From contig CBDCKW010000009.1 of NCBI GenBank assembly GCA_965218435.1, positions 3,456,001 through 3,520,000 of the forward strand: DNA of 64,000 nucleotides, in the 5' to 3' direction. Shown here piece after piece: positions 1 to 8,641 of this stretch. A program made the position numbers and the translations under genes. The stretch is from Truepera sp. Lineage in GTDB: Bacteria; Deinococcota; Deinococci; Deinococcales; Trueperaceae. Position 1 is the stretch's first letter, and each line of letters opens with the position of its first letter. Below the pieces are notes generated by a model that ran no database searches, had not been told where the DNA came from, and saw only the letters and a program-made list of their open reading frames with translations.

Positions 1-60
1 CCGAGAACTATTCTGAATTGAGCACTAGAATGGGCTTGCCTGATCTTCGGGGTCACTTCT

Positions 61-91
61 GAGCGACGCACTTGTTGCGGTGCGTCGCTCT
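61..91 (-). terminator. hairpin downstream of lipoprotein gene
   Basis: GAGCGACGCAC-N-GTGCGTCGCTC 11-bp stem 18 nt past the stop at 109; no clear U-tract. Confidence 0.5.
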
Positions 92-108
92 CCGGTTTCG
101 GCGGGTCG

Positions 109-1878
109 TTAGAACCCTGGGGCTACAGGTTCGCTATTTCGATATGCTTCGAACTGCGGATTTCTATCGAACCACTCCGAACGTTTCTGATGCCAAAGGT
201 TAATCAGACTGGTTCTGCTAACTGTAGACGTTGGATATTTGACTGTAAAGCATCCGGCAGGGAGATCAGCAACGTCCGAGTTAAGCCTATTGATATAGGT
301 TTGATCGCTGCCTAAGTAGATGACAAGGTTGTTGCGGCAACCAGTTTCGTCAAAAGCATCCCACGATGAGGCATAAGTGGTATTGCCGTTTTTCTCGGTA
401 TTAATATGACCACTATTTTCCTTCGTTATAAGAAAAACATTATCTTGCAGCGTAAGGCGACAACCTTTTCTAGCGTAGTAGGTAATTGTTCCATCATTCT
501 TCTTCGTATCCTGATTCCACTTAAAAAGTTGATAGTGTCCAGGCGTGCCTTTAGTCGGGTCTACGTTGGACTCAGTTGCTGTACCGTGTTGCGGCCTGAG
601 TGCCAGCAAGCTATTTTTGATAGTGAAGGGCACGTTCGCTTCTACAGCCGTAGTCCCTTTGCGGCAGGAGAAACCTGTATAGGCCCAGTCAACGAGAACA
701 TTGTCCACCACACCGGCGTTAAAAAAGTCGCTTTCGACGGCATCATCACCCGCATGTCTGACATACGAGTCTCTTACCGTCCATCCGCTCGTATCCCTCT
801 TGATAGCAAAGGCGTCCCCAGTTGTGCCTATAGCAACATTCTCAATTGTGGTATTTTTGCTACCACCAGCACTGAGGTCGCCGAAGTTTGGAACGCCAAC
901 TAAGATGCCGTTTCGTGCGTGGAACGCCCCATCTTTTGAACATTTCGCTTTTTCTGCATCGGTTGCGTTAAGGTAGCTGCAATCCCAAACGGAGTTGTCC
1001 CCATTAGCAAGATTAGGCGCATAGAACCCACTGGAAAGACATAGATAACCCGCCGGATTTCCAACAATCTCTAGTCCTTGCACCCCACTAAATCTAGACC
1101 CCTTAGCGTTGACACCCGTTTTAGCAGGCTGTCCGGTCAGTTTTTTCCCGGTGTAGGTTTGATTCATCCAGTTCACTATGTTGGTTGAGCCGGTTAGACA
1201 TGATGCTCCGGTAGTCGTTGGTAAGGCATATATAACCTCGAGCGCAGGCTTACTACCAGGCGTTCCCTCGAACGACTCAGCGATGCGGCTGCCCGTGCCT
1301 TCAATCGCAAATGTGAGTGAATCAACTGCACCGTTGTTAATTAGCGGCTGAACCAGCGAGCTCAGGTCGGGCGACTTGACTTCGGGACTCTGAAGCGTCA
1401 TTGTCGTCTTCCATGACGGCACAGCCCAAGAGACGAATGTGTTGGTGAGGGAGCGTGAGGTGATGTCCTTGTTGGTTGTCTTAAAGGTATTCGACGTATA
1501 GCTGCTATGCATCCGAATTGACATCGTTGCAGAGCCGTTACTATCGGCTCTTGGCAAGAAATATAAGTTAGCCGACTTTATAACAGCACCTTTTGGAATA
1601 CCCAAGTTCGTAAATCTAACGCCGACAGCAGTGCTACCACTCGCGTTCGAACCGAGATCGAGGTCGGTGCTATCTAATACCATCGTGCCTGTACTCAACG
1701 TTTCTTCAGCATCGTCGGTGGCTATAGCTATTCTTTGCCACGCTGTTGAGTCTGCTTGGGAGGTAAGTTCAGGTTCCTGAATTCCTGGCGAAGTTTGAAG
1801 ACCGCTACTACACGCCGCTAAGATGAGAATCGCGGAGAATGCGGTGCCTAGAGTAGTTCCATCTTTACGCTTCAACAT
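109..1878 (-). CDS. lipoprotein: N-terminal 'DDAEE..GxRF..IPKGA' beta-sandwich + C-terminal right-handed beta-helix (pectin-lyase-like) domain
   Basis: lipobox LAAC; GAGAGGA RBS; repeats such as IENVAI, VRDSYVRHAGDDAVESD, VDNVLVDWAY; paralog of the neighbouring gene. Confidence 0.75.
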   Translation of the reverse strand: MLKRKDGTTLGTAFSAILILAACSSGLQTSPGIQEPELTSQADSTAWQRIAIATDDAEETLSTGTMVLDSTDLDLGSNASGSTAVGVRFTNLGIPKGAVIKSANLYFLPRADSNGSATMSIRMHSSYTSNTFKTTNKDITSRSLTNTFVSWAVPSWKTTMTLQSPEVKSPDLSSLVQPLINNGAVDSLTFAIEGTGSRIAESFEGTPGSKPALEVIYALPTTTGASCLTGSTNIVNWMNQTYTGKKLTGQPAKTGVNAKGSRFSGVQGLEIVGNPAGYLCLSSGFYAPNLANGDNSVWDCSYLNATDAEKAKCSKDGAFHARNGILVGVPNFGDLSAGGSKNTTIENVAIGTTGDAFAIKRDTSGWTVRDSYVRHAGDDAVESDFFNAGVVDNVLVDWAYTGFSCRKGTTAVEANVPFTIKNSLLALRPQHGTATESNVDPTKGTPGHYQLFKWNQDTKKNDGTITYYARKGCRLTLQDNVFLITKENSGHINTEKNGNTTYASSWDAFDETGCRNNLVIYLGSDQTYINRLNSDVADLPAGCFTVKYPTSTVSRTSLINLWHQKRSEWFDRNPQFEAYRNSEPVAPGF

Positions 1879-1988
1879 GTTTATCCTCTCAAGTACTCTC
1901 AGCCAAAAGTTATGGAAGACTTTGAGTCTGCTGTCAGCACAACCTGAACATAAGTGAGTGAAGATAAATCAAGCCAACTTGCTGTAGA

Positions 1989-2020
1989 AATCAAGAGGCA
2001 GTATATGCTGCCTCTTGATT
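1989..2020 (-). terminator. intergenic hairpin (terminator or mRNA stabiliser)
   Basis: AATCAAGAGGCAG-TATATG-CTGCCTCTTGATT perfect 13-bp stem. Confidence 0.6.
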
Positions 2021-2037
2021 AATCTCGAGTTTCACGT

Positions 2038-3657
2038 TTAGTTTACTCCTGGCTCCTTCAGGTTCTTGTAGGAGAAAATTTGTGAGTTTCCACTATGCCT
2101 ATCGAACCAAGCCGTGCGTTTCTGCTGCCAGAAGCTAGTTGCGGTAGACCCTTGCACAAGCTTGAAACAGTCTGAACCAAACCTGCTTCTCAAAGCTGCA
2201 AGCCTACTTGCGCTAGTCTTATTATTAGTGTTGTAGTCACCGCTACCTGTATAGACTAGAGTAACATTGCTACACTCGGTGACATAATCAGTTGGGCTCT
2301 GAGTTGATCTGAATACGTCATTGCTGAGTTGCATATAAAAAACGGTGTTTTTGAGACGTAGTTTACAATTGGGCTTGCTATCTTGCTCGAATTTGAACAT
2401 AAAGAGGTGGTTGGGGTTGTTTGGGTTTAACCCTCCAGAAGTACCCACCTGCTTCTTCAGTGCAATTAAGCTGTCCTGAACAGTCACAGTACCGGGAGGA
2501 TTTAGTGACGGATTGCTGTCTCCACGGCATGAAATGCCCATGTATGCCCAGTCCACTAAGACATCATCTATAAGACCATTGTACTTGGGATCGTTTTCTG
2601 CAAAGTCGTCGCCAGCATGTCGAACATACGAATCACGTATAGTCCAATTATTTGCGTTACCTCTATAGCTTTTGAAAGAGAAGGCGTCACCTGTTTGCTG
2701 TATAGCTATATTTTCGAGGATAACGCTGGGCGAATTTACGACTGTGACGGCGAAGTCATTATGATAACCAGGGTCTGCCCATTGGAGGTTATCACTCTCA
2801 CCAGTATCGAATTTTCCTCCCGAAAGGCACAAGTTGGACTTGTTGTCTTGCACGGTGAGAATTGATACGCCTCCATTAGAGTTTGGCCGCACAGTAAAAG
2901 TCTTGCCGGTTGCGCTGACTCGAGCATCAAGGTCTTTGCCTTGAACATAGTATTGTTTACCTGTTGGACTGATGTTATAGATATTGCTCGCGCCTTGTAG
3001 ACAAGAGGTAGAAGGAGGTGGGGGGACATCATAAGTCACAGTCAGCTTAGCAGCGTTGGCGCTGTTACCGTCATAAGAAGAAGCTTTGCGTTGACCAGAG
3101 CCTGCAATAATGAAGGCCATCGCGTTACCTGAAGCCCAGCTTGACTGATTGACCAGTTCTTGCACGACCGACCGAAAGTCAACCGTGCTGTAAGTGTTGC
3201 CACTTGTCCAAGCACCTGGCACCCAGTTGGTTACCGCTGTTGTTTTGGGGCGAGCACTGATCTGCGGATAGCTAGAAGTGAATTCGGGTGCGTTAGCTTC
3301 TTTGTCACCGCGAACAGTCAACGATGTTGACCTAGATGTGTTCGTAACGGCGACGAATTCAAGTTTAGCACCTGTAATGGTTGCACCTTTAGGAATGTTG
3401 ATACCGGTGAAACGAAGCCCTGTTTGTTGAGGTTCGGACTTCTCACCGAGGTCGAGAACTGTGCTGTCGCTATAATAAGGTCCGCTGGACTGCTCTTCTG
3501 CGTCACTAACGGCGTTAGGAACCGTTTTGGTAACTGTAGTAGCTTGGGTAGTCAAAGTAGGCTCTTTGTCTGGAGTATCAGTCTGAAGACCACTACTGCA
3601 CGCCGCTAGGAGAGCCAAAGTTGCCACCAATGAACTAAGTTTCAGCCAAGATTTCAT
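2038..3657 (-). CDS. lipoprotein, paralog of 109..1878 (beta-sandwich + beta-helix)
   Basis: start re-called to MKSWLKL (ATG 3657, AGAAGGGA RBS); lipobox LAAC; shared ACSSGLQT, DAEE, IRDSYVRHAGDD, VLVDWAY motifs. Confidence 0.75.
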   Translation of the reverse strand: MKSWLKLSSLVATLALLAACSSGLQTDTPDKEPTLTTQATTVTKTVPNAVSDAEEQSSGPYYSDSTVLDLGEKSEPQQTGLRFTGINIPKGATITGAKLEFVAVTNTSRSTSLTVRGDKEANAPEFTSSYPQISARPKTTAVTNWVPGAWTSGNTYSTVDFRSVVQELVNQSSWASGNAMAFIIAGSGQRKASSYDGNSANAAKLTVTYDVPPPPSTSCLQGASNIYNISPTGKQYYVQGKDLDARVSATGKTFTVRPNSNGGVSILTVQDNKSNLCLSGGKFDTGESDNLQWADPGYHNDFAVTVVNSPSVILENIAIQQTGDAFSFKSYRGNANNWTIRDSYVRHAGDDFAENDPKYNGLIDDVLVDWAYMGISCRGDSNPSLNPPGTVTVQDSLIALKKQVGTSGGLNPNNPNHLFMFKFEQDSKPNCKLRLKNTVFYMQLSNDVFRSTQSPTDYVTECSNVTLVYTGSGDYNTNNKTSASRLAALRSRFGSDCFKLVQGSTATSFWQQKRTAWFDRHSGNSQIFSYKNLKEPGVN

Positions 3658-3797
3658 ACTTTCCCTTCTACATTCTTGCCGTAACGCCTGCGGACAACGT
3701 TCGTTTGGCGCGGTTGAGCTGTGAATTGCAAAAACACGCCCCCGATCAGCATTCAAGCTGACCCCGTTAGCAACCTCCTTTTCTACTCAACGAAGCT

Positions 3798-3829
3798 AAG
3801 GTAACAAAGCGAAGTTACATAGTCGTTAC
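3798..3829 (-). promoter_or_regulatory. promoter of the lipoprotein genes: 2 GTAAC direct repeats (11-bp period) + -10 TACCTT
   Basis: minus-strand GTAAC at 3829-3825 and 3818-3814, 10 nt, then TACCTT 3803-3798. Confidence 0.65.
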
Positions 3830-3857
3830 TTACCAGCTGGCTGTAGCGCAACTAGTC

Positions 3858-3913
3858 AGGTAACAAAACGGTAATCACCGGGTAACGCTTTGTTAACGAA
3901 CACCTGCCAAACT
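3858..3913 (+). promoter_or_regulatory. promoter of the peptide gene: 4 GGTAAC-like direct repeats (11-bp period) + -10 CAAACT
   Basis: GGTAAC 3859, GGTAAT 3870, GGTAAC 3881, GTTAAC 3892; 10 nt; CAAACT 3908-3913. Confidence 0.65.
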
Positions 3914-3949
3914 TGTAATCAGCTAGGACAATAAAGAAGGGGTGAACTG

Positions 3950-4102
3950 ATGAGCAAAATAGGTAGGGTTTTGCTAAGTATTTTACTCTTGACGAGCTTG
4001 GGGCTCTCCATGGCCGCAAATTCTAGCAGTTTAGGTGTGGGAAACGGTTCTAATGTACCTAAGCAAAGTCCGATCGTTTCGGTGTCTGCCAAAAGAAATT
4101 AG
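3950..4102 (+). CDS. 50-aa secreted peptide precursor (putative signalling peptide), absent from the ORF track
   Basis: AAGAAGGGGTG RBS; MSKIGRVLLSILLLTSLGLSMA-ANSSSLGVGNGSNVPKQSPIVSVSAKRN has basic n-region, hydrophobic h-region and SMA signal-peptidase-like site. Confidence 0.75.
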   Translation: MSKIGRVLLSILLLTSLGLSMAANSSSLGVGNGSNVPKQSPIVSVSAKRN

Positions 4103-5829
4103 ATATCGAGTTCTAGCCGGACTCGAGCACGCCTGCCCGCTGCGACACTGCGGCGAGGGTCTTCTGCCGGAAAACGCTGCGTCAGCTCTTCCCACAGTTC
4201 CAGGTCAAAAGGCATGATTTGCGCCAGTTCCCAGATAGCTTCTATATTTCCAGAGTCGGTGACAGCGGTATGAAGTTCGGCTTCTAACAGCCCTCTGAGA
4301 TGAACGATCTCCGGGGCGGTTGACTGCGGGAGCAGGGGACCTCGATACATCTTTATCGCGTCATAAAACTTTCCTTGGCCGAGATAAGTCTCGAGTTCGG
4401 CGACGTCCGACCATACGGATGACATAAGCCGGTACGGGCGCGAGCTTATCTCCACCCCTGCTTCTTTGCGTAGTCGGTGCAACTCGACTCTTAACGATGC
4501 TGTTTGTGATTCTCCGTAGAGTGCTTCACTTAAAGCCTCAGCGTCGTAACCGCTGGGCCGTAGCGCGAGTAAGGTCAGCAGTTCCAGACTGCGGCTTCTA
4601 ACCGTTATAGGGCTGCCTTGGAGATAGAGTTCAGCCCTGCCTAGTGTAAAAAGACGAAGTGAGCGGACGCTCGCAAGCGTAGCTTGTGATTCGCTAAAGG
4701 CTGCTCCGGCCAGTAAACGTATCCCTGTAAGGGTCAGTAAGGTTTTTGCATTGTCTATTGCGGCTCTGATAGATGTTCTGGCACTGTCGTTCTGAAAATC
4801 TAAGGGGTCGAGGTACAAAGCTGACTCTGTTGCCAATAAATTGTTTCTACCCTTGCCGGCAAAAAACTGGTGGGCGCTGAGGAGGTGCCCCACGGCTTCT
4901 TCAGAAGGCCATAGTGAGATGCCTAGGGCTAACCGAGCACGTTGCTGATGATATTCAGAGAGAGAATCCGTCACTGAAAGTGTTGCCTCAGCTTGTCTCT
5001 GCGCCTCTTCCGGCCGGTTCAGCGCATATAGCGCCCTTACATAACCGTGAGTCAGCCAAGACCTCAGAGCCCTGGGAGCTTGCGCAAGTTCCTGCTGGTA
5101 AACCCGTAAGGCGTCGTCATAACGTTCGGTCGCTTGATAAAGGTCTGCTAACGTTGATCTTAGTAGTGCTTTCTGCCGTGAATGAGCTGAGTTGCCCACC
5201 GCTTCGTCGGCTTTTATGAGTTCTTCCTCAAGCCCCTCAAGGCTACCGGTCAAGATTTGCAAGTAGGCTTGGAAGTTGACGATGATCAGCGTCAAGCCCG
5301 GATGCGCTGTTCTGTCCCTCGCAAACTGGAGCCACCCCAAAGCTTTTTTGAAGCTTCCCATATCCGTATAGGCGGTAGCAAGGGCGGCTGCATTTCTGGC
5401 TTCGGCGTAGACGTCGCCTACCTCTTCAGCGGCTATCAAAGAGGCTTGCAGTGCTCGCAAACGAGCCTGAGGATCGGCAGAAGCCAAGCCCAAATGATAC
5501 ATCGTGTGCGCAGTCGCGCGTAACTTGGTCGCCGCTACCGCCTTGCGGTAGTAACCTTCGTCATCCCCCTGGTAGGACTGCAACAGGCCCTCGAGCACGG
5601 TAAGGTCAGCTTTTTCGTCATCACTCACACTAGAAAGTGCGCGGGCAAGGTGTTGACGGGCAAGCATGCTCTGGTCGAGGTTGATAAGCGCCGCTACGAC
5701 ATAAAAAGTTACCCCTTCGGGCCAAGGGGCAGGCAGCTGTCTGCTGAACTCTATAACCTCTTGGTTGAGGCCCCGGGCAAAAAGTTGACGAATAGTTAGG
5801 TAAGCTTTTTGGTCAATAGGCTCTGACAC
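4099..5829 (-). CDS. TPR-repeat protein with C-terminal OmpR/SARP-like winged helix and BTAD-like tail; transcriptional regulator
   Basis: about 370 aa of Ala/Leu helical repeats, then LRLFTLGRAEL...SLELLTLLAL...SLRVELHRLRK...SRPYRL...YRGPLLP. Confidence 0.8.
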   Translation of the reverse strand: MSEPIDQKAYLTIRQLFARGLNQEVIEFSRQLPAPWPEGVTFYVVAALINLDQSMLARQHLARALSSVSDDEKADLTVLEGLLQSYQGDDEGYYRKAVAATKLRATAHTMYHLGLASADPQARLRALQASLIAAEEVGDVYAEARNAAALATAYTDMGSFKKALGWLQFARDRTAHPGLTLIIVNFQAYLQILTGSLEGLEEELIKADEAVGNSAHSRQKALLRSTLADLYQATERYDDALRVYQQELAQAPRALRSWLTHGYVRALYALNRPEEAQRQAEATLSVTDSLSEYHQQRARLALGISLWPSEEAVGHLLSAHQFFAGKGRNNLLATESALYLDPLDFQNDSARTSIRAAIDNAKTLLTLTGIRLLAGAAFSESQATLASVRSLRLFTLGRAELYLQGSPITVRSRSLELLTLLALRPSGYDAEALSEALYGESQTASLRVELHRLRKEAGVEISSRPYRLMSSVWSDVAELETYLGQGKFYDAIKMYRGPLLPQSTAPEIVHLRGLLEAELHTAVTDSGNIEAIWELAQIMPFDLELWEELTQRFPAEDPRRSVAAGRRARVRLELDI

Positions 5830-5835
5830 GTAGTC

Positions 5836-6081
5836 TCACGCTCCTATATCGTCTGAAGCTAGCTCGGTGTGGCCCTCACCCAAGCTCAGCCGAGCGGCAT
5901 ATTCAGACGCCCTTGCAAGTTGACCAAGTAGCGTCGTTTTACCGTAACCGGACGGGGCTGGCAACACTAAAAGATTGGCGTCGGAGGCTCGGATAAGGCG
6001 GTCTAAAAGACTACTGTGCGCGATTTCAGCTTGAAGCGGGCGTAGCCACAAATCTGTGTGATTTTGTAAGCATTTGGTCAT
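5836..6081 (-). pseudogene. N-terminal fragment of a MalT-like STAND ATPase regulator
   Basis: LLDRL...LLVLPAPSGYGKTTLLGQLA Walker A; ends after 81 aa, before Walker B. Confidence 0.65.
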
Positions 6082-6278
6082 ATTCCCCCAATCCGTATGA
6101 TCACAGCTTAGCTAACTTTGTTGCTGCAAAGCAGTTAATTAAGCGTCACTCTAGCGCGGCGAACTTAAGGCTGACTGAAGACTAATTGCCTTTGCTAAAC
6201 AGCTGACGTAACAAGCTGCGTACAAGCGTGGTGCCTGATGAGGCGCAGCTACGTTAGACTTGGGGCCAGAGGTGGTTT

Positions 6279-7238
6279 ATGAAAATGTTGGTTACAGGCG
6301 CGGCAGGATTTATCGGCAGTCACCTAGCTGAGCGGTTAGCGCGGCGTGGCGATACGGTTGTCGGGATAGACAACTTTAACGATTACTACGACCCGGCGCG
6401 TAAACGCCGTAACGCCGAGGCGGTCAGGCAGGCTGGAGTAACAGTTATAGAAGCCGACATCAGGGACCGTGAAAAGATGATGGCGCTGTTTGAACACCAT
6501 CATTTCGACGCCGTAGCGCATATCGCAGCGATGGCGGGCGTGCGTAACTCGGTGGCGAATCCGGCACTCTATATAGACGTCAATCTGGGCGGGACGCAAG
6601 TCCTGATGGACGCCAGCCGCGAGTTCGGCGTGCAGAACTTCGTCTTCGCTTCAACGTCGTCTATTTACGGCGACACGCCGAACATCCCGTTCCAAGAGAC
6701 CGACCCATGCTTGCAGCCGCCGCAACCCTACGCCGCCGCCAAACGCGCCGCCGAACTCCTGGGCTTTACCTATCACAAGCTCTACGGCCTCAACTTTTCG
6801 GCCACGCGGTTTTTTACGGTTTACGGCCCCCGCGGACGGCCCGATATGATGCCGGGGCTCTTAGCCGAAAGCCTCTACTACGGCAAGATGATTCCGCTCT
6901 ATGAAGGCAATATGCGCCGCGACTGGACGTTTGTAGACGACATCGTGTCGGGCGTCGTGCTGGCGCTCGATAAGCCGCTCGGGTACGAGATTTTTAATAT
7001 CGGGCGCGGGGAGCCGCAACCCTTGGCTGACTTTATCGGGGCGATAGAGGCGGTGTCGGGCCGCAGGACGAGGCTCGAGCCCCAACCTAAACTCGCCGCC
7101 GACGTGTACGTCACCTACGCCGACATCGGCAAAGCGCGAAAACTTTTGGGCTTTGAACCCAAAGTCTCGATCCGTGAGGGTATCGAGCGGTTTTGGCGTT
7201 GGTACGAAGACGAGCAGCGTGAATTAACCCCCAGCTGA
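6279..7238 (+). CDS. NAD-dependent epimerase (UDP-glucuronate 4-epimerase-like)
   Basis: TGAAGFIG, HIAAMAGVR, YAAAK, RFFTVYGPRGRPDM. Confidence 0.9.
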   Translation: MKMLVTGAAGFIGSHLAERLARRGDTVVGIDNFNDYYDPARKRRNAEAVRQAGVTVIEADIRDREKMMALFEHHHFDAVAHIAAMAGVRNSVANPALYIDVNLGGTQVLMDASREFGVQNFVFASTSSIYGDTPNIPFQETDPCLQPPQPYAAAKRAAELLGFTYHKLYGLNFSATRFFTVYGPRGRPDMMPGLLAESLYYGKMIPLYEGNMRRDWTFVDDIVSGVVLALDKPLGYEIFNIGRGEPQPLADFIGAIEAVSGRRTRLEPQPKLAADVYVTYADIGKARKLLGFEPKVSIREGIERFWRWYEDEQRELTPS

Positions 7239-7738
7239 TGCCAATTTCTGACTATATCAAAGATCTGCGTGTATCTATCGGTCACAAACCGCTGCTGACG
7301 CCCGGCGTAGACGCGATAATTCATAGTGACGCCGGACACCTGCTGCTCATCAAACGAAGTGACACCGGGCTCTGGGGCTTGCCGGGGGGACAACTCGATC
7401 CGCTCGAGCCCCCCGCCTTGGGTCTTATCCGTGAGGTTTTTGAAGAGACCGGACTAAAAGTTGTACCCGAGTCGCTGCTCGGCATTTTCGGCGGCAACGA
7501 CGCCTTTCATGTGCGTTATCCCAATGAGGACGAGGTTGACCCTATCGTGTCGCTGTTCGGTTGCCGCGTGGTTGGCGGAGAGTTGCGAAACCGTGACGGT
7601 GAAGCGACTGAAGTAAGGTTTTTTCCGCCGGACGACGTGCCGAGTGAGCTTACGTCCATCACAGGTTATTTGCTGAACTGCTTAGAACAAAATAGCCTTT
7701 TCGAGTGGGACGAACGCTGGCTGGATACGCTCAGCTGA
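7238..7738 (+). CDS. NUDIX hydrolase
   Basis: GGQLDPLE...REVFEETG Nudix box; TGATG coupling to the upstream gene. Confidence 0.9.
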   Translation: MPISDYIKDLRVSIGHKPLLTPGVDAIIHSDAGHLLLIKRSDTGLWGLPGGQLDPLEPPALGLIREVFEETGLKVVPESLLGIFGGNDAFHVRYPNEDEVDPIVSLFGCRVVGGELRNRDGEATEVRFFPPDDVPSELTSITGYLLNCLEQNSLFEWDERWLDTLS

Positions 7739-8226
7739 TGCCGATTTCTGAGTACCTTGAGGGACTCCGGGCACGGATTGGGCATGACTTGGTGCTCAAC
7801 CCTTCGGTTGCTGCCATCATCCGTGACGAAGCTGGAAACGTGCTTATTCATCAGCGTAGCGATAACCAAAAATGGGAAATTCCTGCTGGAGCCGTTGACC
7901 CTGATGAAGCGCCCGCGCAGGCCGTGGTGCGAGAAGTTTTTGAGGAGACGGGGCTCAAGGTTCGGCCGCTACATGTCGTTGGCGTATTTAGTGGAAACAC
8001 GGTCACGCATCCAAATGGCGATAAAACCCAGCCGCACTGCACCTTATTCGAGTGCGAAACCCTAGGTGGGACGCTCGAGGCCCGTGACGGTGAGGCTTTA
8101 GCCTTTAGGTACGTCTCTCCTGCTGAGGTGCCGAGGCAGTTTGACTCGCCGCCGAATATCTTTGAGGCCGACTTTACCGGAACATATTTCGCCTGGGATG
8201 AACGCTGGTTAGAGACGCTCGAGTAA
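7738..8226 (+). CDS. NUDIX hydrolase (tandem paralog)
   Basis: start re-called to MPISEY at 7738; AGAVDPDE...REVFEETG. Confidence 0.9.
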   Translation: MPISEYLEGLRARIGHDLVLNPSVAAIIRDEAGNVLIHQRSDNQKWEIPAGAVDPDEAPAQAVVREVFEETGLKVRPLHVVGVFSGNTVTHPNGDKTQPHCTLFECETLGGTLEARDGEALAFRYVSPAEVPRQFDSPPNIFEADFTGTYFAWDERWLETLE

Positions 8227-8461
8227 TCTCGAGGCTTTGCCCAAGGTGTCTATAAATAGATAGGCTACGCCGGACATAACAGATTTTCTAGCGAAACAGT
8301 TTATGAGGGTGACGAGCCTAAGTAACATATCAAATCTCAGTATGAGCTGCGCCGTGGCTGACCCTTCACGCCGTGCGTGCCGCAGAGTAAAAAAAGCCCC
8401 TCACCCCGAAGTTATCCCGAACCGCTACCCAAACCCCCTACTTGTGTGCTACACTCAAATA

Positions 8462-8641
8462 AGACGAGTTGAAAGGGAGCGTGAAAGTTTCAAGACAGCC
8501 CTAAAGTGTGAGTAGACCAAGTGAAGCCAAGTTGGTTTCGGGAGGCGCAAACTCTCGCGTAAAGGTTGTGGAGAAGCAAAAGCCACAAAGGGACTGGATA
8601 CCAGGTAGAAACCTATAAAACTTGGCACAACCCCTTCGTCT
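8462..8641 (+). ncRNA. candidate ~180-nt structured non-coding RNA, family unassigned
   Basis: extended -10 TGcTACACT at 8447-8455; ends pair (AGACGA/TCGTCT); nested stems GCCAAGTT/AACTTGGC, GGTTTC/GAAACC, TTGTGG/CCACAA. Confidence 0.5.

Noticed and set aside
3658..3756. N-terminal extension of ORF 2038..3756
   Set aside because: The signal peptide and RBS place the start at 3657.
3690..3775. possible c-di-AMP (ydaO) riboswitch in the lipoprotein leader
   Set aside because: Only scattered words match; the conserved GCTGAATCC and CCCGTCAGCTAAC order is absent.
4035..4217. 60-aa + strand ORF in the supplied track
   Set aside because: No RBS and it overlaps the regulator; the RBS-bearing signal-peptide ORF in another frame (3950-4102) is the better call.
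8540..8565. GGCGCAAACTCTC resembling a glycine riboswitch core
   Set aside because: The GGAGA and CCGAAG elements and the CUCAGG ending are missing.
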